NCBI RefSeq assembly: GCF_001481685.1
Contig: NZ_CP006867.1
Location: forward strand, 450,001-482,000
Direction: 5' to 3'
DNA length: 32,000 bases
Source: Ignicoccus islandicus DSM 13165
GTDB taxonomy: Archaea; Thermoproteota; Thermoprotei_A; Sulfolobales; Ignicoccaceae
Made by a program: the position numbers and the translations under genes. The notes beneath the pieces are model-generated. The model did not search any database, was not told the DNA's origin, and saw nothing but the letters and a program-made list of their open reading frames with translations. Below, one piece after another: positions 19,910-28,155 of this stretch. The number at the start of each line of letters is the position of its first letter. Position 1 is the stretch's first letter.

Positions 19910-21102
19910 AGGTTCCTCACCTTGACGTAGCCTAAGCTCCTTCTGAGCCACTCCACTCTGTTGCGGAGCTCTTGGGGGAGCTTGCCAGTTATCGAAAGCG
20001 CCGCTAACCTCCTGGAACAGTCGTAGAGCTTCTGAACGTTCGAAGAAATAACGTACTGGTAGAGGTCGTTCAAACACTCGCCCGCACAAGCTTGAACCTC
20101 GCCGTTACCGCTCTTAGTCCATAACAAGGAGAGCAAGTGGGAGAGTATGTAATTCGCCCTCTTCTCGTCTCCAGTTAGTCTGTAGAACTTACAGAATATC
20201 TCGCTGGATATGAGGGGGAAAGCATTAGACACCATTGGCTTCTTCTCGCGCTTCTTCTCATTTTTGGAAATGAACGTTAGTATCAGTGCGTCCAAGGGAT
20301 TCATGCAAACGCTTCCTTGCTGGAATACTTTCGCTTTAACGAAGGCGTGGCTATAGTGGAAGTGCAAGTAGACGTCCGTGCTAACCGGTAAGTTCTTAGG
20401 GTTACTTGGCCTATTTTCAACCATCGCCCAGTACCTTTGGGCGACGTGGTTCTTCATTGTTTCTCTAAGGGACTCGGGGAGAGGTGGTAGAACTCTAAAC
20501 TCGGTTCTATAACTGCGCTTTCCGTCGTTATTTGAGATAATAAAACCTACATTCGAGACTATGAGTCCGGTTATTGCCAGCGCTTCTCCTAGAAGTGTCT
20601 CCTTATTGTTTATAACGTAAACCATCTTGTTGTCCCTTTCCGTCCTCGAAGGAACCATGAACGTCTTGACGTGCCGGCCTAAATTCAATTTAACCATCAT
20701 TAACCTAGTAGGAGGTCTGTTCTTGATCCTCCTTACCGTTTCCTCCGACTTCACAGTCATGTACTCTAGTAGTTTACACCAAAACTCCTTTGTGAAAGCG
20801 TTCGCGTCTTCTCGTTTACTCCTTATCTTGTTACGTTTCTCTTGATATTCCTGCCATTTCTCCGTACCCATTATCTTTTCAACGAAGTGGGTGTCATTAC
20901 CACTGGGCATCCTCTCCAAATACTTGTACTTCTTGTAATATTCTTCAATCAAATTGCAGAGCCCTTCGTAAAGCTCTTCCTCGTTCTCCTCTATCTCAAT
21001 ATAGTCCGTGCCATACCTCTCTACTTTTAGGTCCGACAAGTAGAGGACTAGCGCTTGATAGTACCTACCTATGAGGGTTGAGGGAAGCAAACTTACTTTC
21101 AA
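19900..21102 (-). CDS. cas8a: Cas8a-like (Csa4-type) large subunit. The ORF track extends to 21135; the TTG at 21102-21100 overlapping the cas5 TGA is a likely start
   Basis: Position between cas5 and cas3', size ~400 aa, and general Csa4-like features (N-terminal TLIGRYYQAL, cysteine-containing C-terminal region). Assignment relies mainly on gene order. Confidence 0.68.
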   Translation of the reverse strand: MKVSLLPSTLIGRYYQALVLYLSDLKVERYGTDYIEIEENEEELYEGLCNLIEEYYKKYKYLERMPSGNDTHFVEKIMGTEKWQEYQEKRNKIRSKREDANAFTKEFWCKLLEYMTVKSEETVRRIKNRPPTRLMMVKLNLGRHVKTFMVPSRTERDNKMVYVINNKETLLGEALAITGLIVSNVGFIISNNDGKRSYRTEFRVLPPLPESLRETMKNHVAQRYWAMVENRPSNPKNLPVSTDVYLHFHYSHAFVKAKVFQQGSVCMNPLDALILTFISKNEKKREKKPMVSNAFPLISSEIFCKFYRLTGDEKRANYILSHLLSLLWTKSGNGEVQACAGECLNDLYQYVISSNVQKLYDCSRRLAALSITGKLPQELRNRVEWLRRSLGYVKVRNLWP

Positions 21103-21944
21103 GTACCACCACCTACGCAAACGTCTTCGATACAATAACCGGATTTTACTGAGCCAAAATTCTTTGAAGGAGGAGGTGTTAGCACGAAGGAGCTGGATAG
21201 GGGCCCCGAAGCCGCTACGTACCTTCTCGTTTGAACAACTAAGGAGACACCCCTCCTAGCTTTCGTTACGCAAGCGGAAGACTTAGTTAGTTCCCATAGG
21301 TCCAAGTTAACGAACGGTTGAGGCTTCTCTATCCATAGCTCTTCCGGAGCGTATAAATAGGTCTCACAGTTAACGCATTCGTTAGCTTCCCCAACTGAAC
21401 TTTCTCTAATGAAAATCAAGCCTTCCTTAGCTCCCAACCTCCTAGGCACTACCGTCTTCAGAACCTCTTCGAGGTCCCCTTCGCTAATGGGCTTACCACT
21501 CACCTCCTCGTATCTCTTAGCGAGGGTATCCAAGTCCACCACTACCGCGAGGTCGAGTACCGCACCGGGTCCGTAAACGGCTGCTATTGCTTGGGCGGTA
21601 AACCACTGTCTAGGATCCCGCGCGTTCTCATCGCTTAAGTAAGGTATTTGAACGAGCTTCGTCACCTCGCCCTTGACTATTAGTCCAACCTCGCTTTCCG
21701 GGGATAGCCCCAGGGCGGCTGCCTTGAAGGCATCCTTGAAGGCATAGATAGGTGAGCAAATGGTTCCCTCGTAGTTGACTAACTCTCCTAGTCCCAGCCT
21801 TATGGCTACGGGTTCTATTACGGATCCGATTATGGTGGAAGGCGGCGGTAGTATGGGTCCCAATTGAAATCCGCTTGCGTAAGGGAACCTTATTGGTATC
21901 CCCCAGGCCAGTTTGACCTTGTAACGCAATCCCAAAAGGGACAA
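21099..21944 (-). CDS. cas5: Cas5 (type I-A) RAMP-superfamily protein
   Basis: N-terminal KVKLAWGIPIRFPYASGFQLGPILPPPSTIIGSVIEPVAIRLG, typical of archaeal Cas5a; position downstream of cas7. Confidence 0.82.
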   Translation of the reverse strand: MSLLGLRYKVKLAWGIPIRFPYASGFQLGPILPPPSTIIGSVIEPVAIRLGLGELVNYEGTICSPIYAFKDAFKAAALGLSPESEVGLIVKGEVTKLVQIPYLSDENARDPRQWFTAQAIAAVYGPGAVLDLAVVVDLDTLAKRYEEVSGKPISEGDLEEVLKTVVPRRLGAKEGLIFIRESSVGEANECVNCETYLYAPEELWIEKPQPFVNLDLWELTKSSACVTKARRGVSLVVQTRRYVAASGPLSSSFVLTPPPSKNFGSVKSGYCIEDVCVGGGT

Positions 21945-21963
21945 ATTAGTTCCCCTTAGAACT

Positions 21964-23031
21964 TCACTTGAGCTTGAGGCTCTCGCCCAAGCGAGCGAGT
22001 GCCTCCTCGGAGGCCTTCGCTATTGCTTCTAAGTAGCTGTTCGTTTCTATGACCTCTATCTTCGCCTCTTGCGGCTTCTTGAGTCCCTCCTTGTCGAAGT
22101 AGTACACCTTCGAATTGTTGCTCAGTATTTGAAGCCTCTCCACTGTTTCGAACAAGTAGGAGGGCTCGTTTCCGGGGCTTACTTCGAAAGGCACGTCCGT
22201 AACGGCTACTACTAAGCTCATTACTTCCCATTGCGGGTTGAACCTAGTCCTCTTAGCTCCCCATAACATTGAGCCCATTAGGTTCTGTAGAGCTTTGAGG
22301 GCCGCTTCCGCTCTCTTGAACCTCTCGGGGGCTTCGAGGGAATCCACCTCCTCACCGTATTCAGTGTTATCTGAACTGAGAACGCCTATGTTGCTTACGT
22401 CCAAAGAGAAGTTCAGGTTGTAGAGCGCGCTACCTATTTCAACGTAATAGAGCATTTGGCCCCCCGATTGCTCTGCGCCAGCGTACCTTACGTGTAGTTC
22501 AGGTTCCGTTCCTACAGCGCCAGCCTTTAAGGAGTCTAATGTAGGTAGCATATACCCTACTCTGAATCTAGACGTTCTCTTAACTGTGTTATCCGAATTA
22601 AGGAATCCACCGACGTCCTCTACTACGCATTGTTGAATAATGACTTTCTCTAGCTCGCTCTTTTTAATTCCTCCACTTTCCTTGCTCTTTTTAGTACCTT
22701 TCTTACCTGGCTGTTGAAGGGATTGGGGGATTTGTATACCACAATTGTTCAATGCGTTCTCATCGGTACTTTTAACGAATATTCCCTTCTCACAACATTT
22801 GCAAACGGGTAAGCCGTATCTCTTAGCTACTTCAGCTAGGTGGACTTGGTAAGCGTGAGCTATGCTCTCGCCGCTTATTGCCGGTACGTACAAGACTTGG
22901 AGACCGTCCTTTGTTTTTATGACAACTGGTGCTCTCCTATGCCTAGTTACGTTACCTACGCTTTCGGCCATATTCAATGCATCTGCATTTAAGAGTATCC
23001 TAGCGGAGAGACTTATACCAACGTAACTCAT
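21964..23031 (-). CDS. cas7: Cas7/Csa2 backbone protein (type I-A). The ORF track extends to 23067; the ATG of MSYVGISLSARI at ~23031 is more likely
   Basis: SYVGISLSARILLNADALNMAESVGNVTRHRRAPVV and YVPAISGESIAHAYQ are characteristic DevR/Csa2 motifs. Confidence 0.93.
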   Translation of the reverse strand: MSYVGISLSARILLNADALNMAESVGNVTRHRRAPVVIKTKDGLQVLYVPAISGESIAHAYQVHLAEVAKRYGLPVCKCCEKGIFVKSTDENALNNCGIQIPQSLQQPGKKGTKKSKESGGIKKSELEKVIIQQCVVEDVGGFLNSDNTVKRTSRFRVGYMLPTLDSLKAGAVGTEPELHVRYAGAEQSGGQMLYYVEIGSALYNLNFSLDVSNIGVLSSDNTEYGEEVDSLEAPERFKRAEAALKALQNLMGSMLWGAKRTRFNPQWEVMSLVVAVTDVPFEVSPGNEPSYLFETVERLQILSNNSKVYYFDKEGLKKPQEAKIEVIETNSYLEAIAKASEEALARLGESLKLK

Positions 23032-23042
23032 ACCTAACCACC

Positions 23043-23423
23043 TCAAGAACTTTGAATTAGGGGACAATCACCCTCAAGGGCTTTAATTGAAATAACCTTA
23101 AGGAGGTTCATAACATCCTTGTTAAAGGACTCCTTTATTAACTTGGCTATGGACTCCGCCTCCACCTTAGCTATTGATATCACTTTACCGCAATCGAGCT
23201 CCTCGTTCTTAACGAGGGTCTTCACAGTACTGCAGAGTTCCTCCTTCTTCTTACCTTCGCTTAAGAAAATGGACTCGATATTCCTGACTGCATCGTAAAG
23301 CGTCTGTAAGGCCACTGAAGGATTAATTGAGTTCGCCAATCTATCAACTACGCTGAAGTCTTTGTTACAAACGTAATAGTGTAACACTACCGGTAGTGCC
23401 CAATAGTTCTTGTCATCGCTCAA
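23043..23423 (-). CDS. csa5: Csa5 (Cas11a) small subunit
   Basis: 126-aa mostly helical protein directly upstream of cas7, in the usual csa5 position with Csa5-like composition. Confidence 0.75.
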   Translation of the reverse strand: MSDDKNYWALPVVLHYYVCNKDFSVVDRLANSINPSVALQTLYDAVRNIESIFLSEGKKKEELCSTVKTLVKNEELDCGKVISIAKVEAESIAKLIKESFNKDVMNLLKVISIKALEGDCPLIQSS

Positions 23424-23460
23424 GACTTACGGATACCTCCAGTATAATGGAAAAGTCTCT

Positions 23461-23472
23461 AAATTAAATAAG
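23461..23472 (-). promoter_or_regulatory. Candidate TATA box for the csa5-cas7-cas5-cas8a-cas3 transcript
   Basis: Minus strand reads CTTATTTAATTT, ~40 nt upstream of the csa5 start. Confidence 0.45.
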
Positions 23473-23501
23473 TGTTGGTAAACAATCGGGTTAGGTTAGT
23501 G

Positions 23502-23834
23502 TTAATTGAAAAACGGTAACGGCACTAAAGTCCCGTAACCTAACTCTCTATACCTTCCGGCACCTTTCCAGTACGTGGCTTCCCAATCCTCACATTCGGA
23601 GTAGAACATCGCACCTGGAGCTATTGCTAAGGCGTAAGGCCTAGGGCACTGACGTTCGCCTCTTAGCTCCCACCCTAAGGGGATTATCTCAACGTTAACT
23701 CGCGTTCCTGGAACTGTTGCGCTCGCTCCTATCTTTTCTTTCAAATAATTCCTTACGATATCTTCCAACTCGATCCATACACTAGGGTCTTCAATATCTA
23801 AATCTATTTCTAGGATTAGTGGGATAGTAGGCAA
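23502..23834 (-). pseudogene. Truncated Cmr3-like C-terminal fragment
   Basis: LGWELRGERQCPRPYALAIAPGAMFYSE ... GRYRELGYGTLVPL resembles the Cmr3 C-terminal pattern (GWD..., vPaGSvyyfe, G-rich loop); TTG start and only 110 aa. Confidence 0.6.
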
Positions 23835-23896
23835 TAGAATGTATTTATCGCCTTATAGAATCCCATACTTTTTGGTTCTTTGTAAATATAGCTCCA

Positions 23897-24091
23897 TCAC
23901 TTCCATAACTTATTGCAACAAGCCAAGGCCGTCTTCATAGAACCCTTTAGGGAGGAGGCGGGTAGGAAGAACACCCCCGTTCCGTCCCTTATTACGGGGA
24001 GGTCCACTATTCCCTCGCTCCTGCCTACCCCTACGTGAACGTGGGAAAGGGCTGAAGCTAGAACCAAGGCTTTGTCGCTCAACCCAAACAC
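23897..24091 (-). pseudogene. Truncated Cmr4-like N-terminal fragment
   Basis: LSHVHVGVGRSEGIVDLPVIRDGTGVFFLPASSLKGSMKTAL closely follows the Cmr4 N-terminal signature (HvGsG...vDLPI.R....P.ipGSSLKGalR); ends after 64 aa. Confidence 0.72.
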
Positions 24092-24152
24092 TTCCCTATA
24101 TATTCGGGAAATTCTATTTGATATAAAAGGCTTTGCATTAGAGACAGAGTGA

Positions 24153-24926
24153 CTAGGCCTTGAAGCGTTCTTCCAGCAGCCTCTTGAACTTTACTACGTC
24201 TCTCATCATATATACGTTATTGAACATAACGTGAACTTCGCTAGCGTTAGTCTCCATTATTCTCTCAATTAAATCCTTAAGCTCCTCCTCGCTATATTCG
24301 TATCTATAACTACCTTTCCCGTGGAGACGCAAGTAAATGATGTCTTCGTAGTAAGGAGGCCATTGCTTAAATGGATCTACAATATGGATGATTCCCATGT
24401 CTACTATCTCTCGAACTTCCGGTCTTCCCACCCACGTACCGCGAGGTTCCCATCCAATCCTCTTCCACGTAGTTAGGGCCCAGCGAAAGAAGTTCTTGGC
24501 CCTCTCCAAGTTCTCTTTACTGTATCCGAAGCTTGGTGGAGTCTGGACGACTATCACGTCGCCTTTAACTGCCCGAGCTGCTTCAACTGTCTTTAACCAA
24601 GCTTCCTTTACCTCCTCGGTGAGCTTCAATAAACCATACCTATCTAACTTGTCCTTAGGTATTACGATCTTAGCCCTCCTATACGTCGGGGAGGTAGGTG
24701 GGTGAGATACCAGCTGCCAAGCCTTTAGGTGAACATTGATTTCATCGCCGAGCTCCCTCCTCCACTTCTCAAGCGTCTCTAATGGGGGAGGGTTGTAGAA
24801 GGTTTGTTGTATTTCAACCGCATTGATGTACTCCCTCAAGACTCGCTTGGACTTGGGGAAACCGCACGTACCGTAGTATATCATCAAGTCAGTATTCCCA
24901 GAGTAATACAAGAGGTTACACTCCAA
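24153..24926 (-). CDS. DUF72 family protein
   Basis: YYGTCGFPKSK....VEIQQTFYNPP, VVQTPPSFGYSKEN, YLRLHGKGSYRYEYSEEEL, HVMFNNVYMMRD. Confidence 0.88.
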   Translation of the reverse strand: MECNLLYYSGNTDLMIYYGTCGFPKSKRVLREYINAVEIQQTFYNPPPLETLEKWRRELGDEINVHLKAWQLVSHPPTSPTYRRAKIVIPKDKLDRYGLLKLTEEVKEAWLKTVEAARAVKGDVIVVQTPPSFGYSKENLERAKNFFRWALTTWKRIGWEPRGTWVGRPEVREIVDMGIIHIVDPFKQWPPYYEDIIYLRLHGKGSYRYEYSEEELKDLIERIMETNASEVHVMFNNVYMMRDVVKFKRLLEERFKA

Positions 24927-24963
24927 TATCCTCTCTTCCTCTATAAGCTTTACGGGAACTGGT

Positions 24964-25500
24964 ATGGGACTCAGAAGGGAAATAATGGTTGCAATGCACC
25001 AGATAAGGAAGGTTAGGTCTAAGCTCGCGTATCAACTAGCCGCCGTTGAGCAAAAGGAGAAGGACTTAATGAGCAAACTCATTCAAGCCCAAACCCAAGG
25101 AGACCAACTTAGGTCCAAAGTGTACGCTAATGAAATAGCTAACCTAAGGAAGGTCAGAGCCAACTTAATGATATTGGACGTTAAGCTGGAGCAAGCGTTG
25201 CTGAGACTGGAGACGGCGCTAACCTTCGGAGACGCTGCCGCTGGATTACTGAACATAGCTGGCGAGGTGAAAGTAACTGTGGAAAAGGCGAAGGAGTTCC
25301 TCCCCAACATGCAAGAGGAGCTGGAGGGGTTAGTAGAGTCGCTAGAGGAGGTCTCAACGGAGGGCATGGGTACAATGAGTTACAGCGGAGTGTACCTAGA
25401 CCCGGAGGCCTCCAAGATACTGGAAGAGGCCAAGTCCATTGCGGAAAGCAAACTGAGGGCTATGATGGAATCAGAGGAAGGGGAGGCATCGGGCGCCTAA
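24964..25500 (+). CDS. ESCRT-III / Snf7-like protein (CdvB paralog)
   Basis: IMVAMHQIRKVRSKLAYQLAAVEQKEKDLMSKLIQAQTQGDQLRSKVYANEIANLRKVRANLMILDVKLEQALLRLETALTFGD matches the crenarchaeal CdvB helical core pattern. Confidence 0.85.
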   Translation: MGLRREIMVAMHQIRKVRSKLAYQLAAVEQKEKDLMSKLIQAQTQGDQLRSKVYANEIANLRKVRANLMILDVKLEQALLRLETALTFGDAAAGLLNIAGEVKVTVEKAKEFLPNMQEELEGLVESLEEVSTEGMGTMSYSGVYLDPEASKILEEAKSIAESKLRAMMESEEGEASGA

Positions 25501-25547
25501 GCCATTCATTAACCTCACTTAAAGCATAACTTTTTAGGGCATAGATA

Positions 25548-26258
25548 TTGGCTCACGTTATTCACTTCAGGGGTCATAAACTTATTCTCCATGAAGATAT
25601 TGCTGTGACGCCTCTCGGAGTGGTTAAGGGGAAGCCTAGAAGAATAGAGGAGCTCCTACCAGTAATGATGAAACCGTCTCGGAGCGAAGGGATCGCTTAC
25701 TGGATGTATAGAAAGGCTATACCAGCGGAAATAGGTGGAGTTAGGGGAGACGTGACCTTGGTTTACCCAGGGGAGCTGCCTTCCGGGGAGCTGATCAAAA
25801 CTCACGGTCATTACCACCCGGAGAGCCCTTGGGGGGAGAGGTGGCCCGAGCTCTACGGAATACTTCGCGGAAAGGCATTGTTCGTCCTCCAAGACTTGAA
25901 GGGCGAAAGGGTTAGGTTAGTAGAGGTTGAGGAAGGAGACTTGATAATGGTTCCCCCGGGCTACGGACACGTAATGGTTAACGTGGGGGAAGAGGAGCTC
26001 GTAACCTTCAATTACGTTAGTGAACTGTTTAGTTCCGAATACGGACCCTACAAGGAGAGGAGGGGAGCAGCTGTATACGTAGTTAGGAAGGGGGAGGAAA
26101 TAGAGGTCGTTCCTAATCCGAGGTACGAGGTGAAGGAGGTACTGTTGTGCAAGCCAATGGGAATACACCTAAAGGAACCCACTATATCTCATTCATTTAA
26201 ACCGCACCTAACTGAGTGGTTGAAATGCGAGGAAGTGAAGGTGCCCTTGAGCTTGTAA
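25548..26258 (+). CDS. pgiA: Cupin-type glucose-6-phosphate isomerase
   Basis: TLVYPGELPSGELIKTHGHYHPESPWGERWPELYGILRGKALFVLQ and MVPPGYGHVMVNVG, the archaeal cPGI signature. Confidence 0.9.
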   Translation: MAHVIHFRGHKLILHEDIAVTPLGVVKGKPRRIEELLPVMMKPSRSEGIAYWMYRKAIPAEIGGVRGDVTLVYPGELPSGELIKTHGHYHPESPWGERWPELYGILRGKALFVLQDLKGERVRLVEVEEGDLIMVPPGYGHVMVNVGEEELVTFNYVSELFSSEYGPYKERRGAAVYVVRKGEEIEVVPNPRYEVKEVLLCKPMGIHLKEPTISHSFKPHLTEWLKCEEVKVPLSL

Positions 26259-26267
26259 ATCTAGTCC

Positions 26268-26807
26268 TCATTTAGTTAAAACTTTCTCATAGACTTGAAG
26301 TTCCTTACCCTTAAGCTGATATAACTTCAATCTCCAAGATGGGAGCTGTAACTCCATAAAGCTAGGGGTGCCGCCTAGGGTGTAACCGCCCCAGCTTCCC
26401 GTTACGCTTCCCGGATTCAAGTGAACGATCCCCTCAACCCTATCAATTAAAGGAACGTGGAGGTGGCCGTGTATTATAACTTCCGCACCTTCCCTCCTAG
26501 CAATTTCGCTGAGTGCCTTCAGATTGCCTCTGGGCCTGACTTGGTGACCGTGAAGCACCAAAACCTTCTTCCCATCCAATTCCAATGTGATCTTTTCCGG
26601 AAGCGGTAGGTAATCCATGTTCCCCCTTACTGCGCGAACTTCGTCGCCAAGGGTCTTCAAGTAGCTCAATACCTCTTCGCCAGTTAAGTCCCCAGCGTAA
26701 ATTACGAGGTCGTAAGGCGCATTGCTTTCAATTACTTCTCTCAGGTCCTTGGGTATCTCCTTTTCTCTATCCGGAATATGGGCATCGGAAAGTATTAGTA
26801 CCTTCAT
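26268..26807 (-). CDS. YfcE/MJ0936-family metallophosphoesterase
   Basis: ILSDAHIPDRE, YAGDLTGEE, VRGNMDY, VLHGHQV, IHGHLHVPL metal-binding motifs. Confidence 0.92.
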   Translation of the reverse strand: MKVLILSDAHIPDREKEIPKDLREVIESNAPYDLVIYAGDLTGEEVLSYLKTLGDEVRAVRGNMDYLPLPEKITLELDGKKVLVLHGHQVRPRGNLKALSEIARREGAEVIIHGHLHVPLIDRVEGIVHLNPGSVTGSWGGYTLGGTPSFMELQLPSWRLKLYQLKGKELQVYEKVLTK

Positions 26808-26808
26808 T

Positions 26809-27582
26809 TCAGACGCCGCAAATTCTCCACGAGACGTGCCTATTTAGTAACAGTCTAACTTTTTCTAACGTTTTTCTCAATACGCACGGTCTCGTAACTA
26901 TAATAGTTCCCTTGGAAACCCCGACTATTGGTTCGAACTTGTCTCTCGAAATTACCAATGGCTTGGGTAGAGCTCGGGCTAGTTCCTCAACGCCATCCAT
27001 TGGCTCCCTAAGCACTACTTCCACGCCCCTCCTAGCCATTAAAGCGGCCGCCAACAAGCCCTCTTCTCCTGTTACATCAACGTAAGCCGTTCCCTCGGAA
27101 CCGTAAGGAAGGCCTCCAACGCCTTCAACCACGTCTCTTGAGGTGTAAACGTATACTTCGTTCCTTATTTCAACGTAAAGCGTTACTTTGGGAGAGCTTA
27201 GGTTCACGTTTCCTTCTATTTTAGAACCAATTAGGGCAGCCAACTCGTTGCTTTTCATTGGATAGGCCTTATCGGCCCTCCTCACCCTTACGGCGAATTG
27301 GTCTAGCTTGGGATATAAGCTCGAGACCTCTTCGACCAGCTCCGTAGGCGGTAACTTTGGTAGTACAAGAGCATATATTAAGTGGTGTACTCCGGGCATC
27401 CTCCTTAAGTCCTTAGGGGCCTCGCCTCGAACTAGGATCCTTCCGTATTCAAGTTCTACCTTCGCCCTGAACCCCCTCCTATGGAGAAACTTGGCTACTT
27501 GGTTCCGAAGTAAGGACTCCATCTGACCTCGCTTCTTACCTTTGAGGGCTATCTCGGAATATGCTACTAAGGTGACCTTCAC
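26809..27582 (-). CDS. ThiI-like THUMP-domain protein with an apparently degenerate, truncated PP-loop region
   Basis: N-terminal YSEIALKGKKRGQMESLLRNQ and GVGGLPYGSEGTAYVDVTGEEGLLAAALMARRGVEVV align with ThiI, but the SGGxDS motif is absent. Confidence 0.82.
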   Translation of the reverse strand: MKVTLVAYSEIALKGKKRGQMESLLRNQVAKFLHRRGFRAKVELEYGRILVRGEAPKDLRRMPGVHHLIYALVLPKLPPTELVEEVSSLYPKLDQFAVRVRRADKAYPMKSNELAALIGSKIEGNVNLSSPKVTLYVEIRNEVYVYTSRDVVEGVGGLPYGSEGTAYVDVTGEEGLLAAALMARRGVEVVLREPMDGVEELARALPKPLVISRDKFEPIVGVSKGTIIVTRPCVLRKTLEKVRLLLNRHVSWRICGV

Positions 27583-27623
27583 CTCGGTTCACCGCTGATT
27601 TAGATCCCTTCGCACTGAATCCG

Positions 27624-28148
27624 GTGGGCGCTGAAGTAATGAAGGTGGCAGTAGGGAGCTTGAACGAAGTTAAGTTAAACGCAGTATCGAAGGCCCTTCA
27701 GGAAATGGGAATAGACGCTATAGTGATTCCCGTAGACGTTGAAAGCGGGGTACACGAAATACCTTTAAACGATGAAATCTTCGAGGGCGCGCGTAACAGG
27801 GCACTGAGCGCTAAGAAGCGAGTTCCCGCCGACTTATATATCGGATTGGAATCTGGCCTAGTCAAGATGTACGGTAAGACGTTCATGGTAAGCGTCGCTG
27901 CTGTATTGAAGGGAGAATCGATTCATTACGGGCTCTCACCGGGTTTCGAAATACCCGAAAGGTGGGCCGTAAAGATAGAGAGGGATAGGAGCTCCTTCTT
28001 CGAATTCATGGAGGAAAAGGGCGGTAGGGACTTAGGTAAGAGGGGCGGTCTGGTCAGCGTACTGACTTCAAATGTGATAACTAGGACGGAGTTCTGCAAG
28101 TTGGCCGTAATAATGGCTGTGTCCAAGGCATTGAACGAGAAGTGGTGA
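27624..28148 (+). CDS. Non-canonical purine NTP phosphatase (YjjX / DUF84 family)
   Basis: VAVGSLNEVKLNAVSKAL, GARNRA, GLESGL motifs. Confidence 0.88.
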   Translation: MGAEVMKVAVGSLNEVKLNAVSKALQEMGIDAIVIPVDVESGVHEIPLNDEIFEGARNRALSAKKRVPADLYIGLESGLVKMYGKTFMVSVAAVLKGESIHYGLSPGFEIPERWAVKIERDRSSFFEFMEEKGGRDLGKRGGLVSVLTSNVITRTEFCKLAVIMAVSKALNEKW

Positions 28149-28155
28149 TTTCGCG

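Noticed and set aside
21956-22231. Minus-strand 91-aa ORF inside cas7
   Set aside because: Overlaps a strongly supported Cas7/Csa2 frame and has low-complexity composition; probably a shadow ORF.
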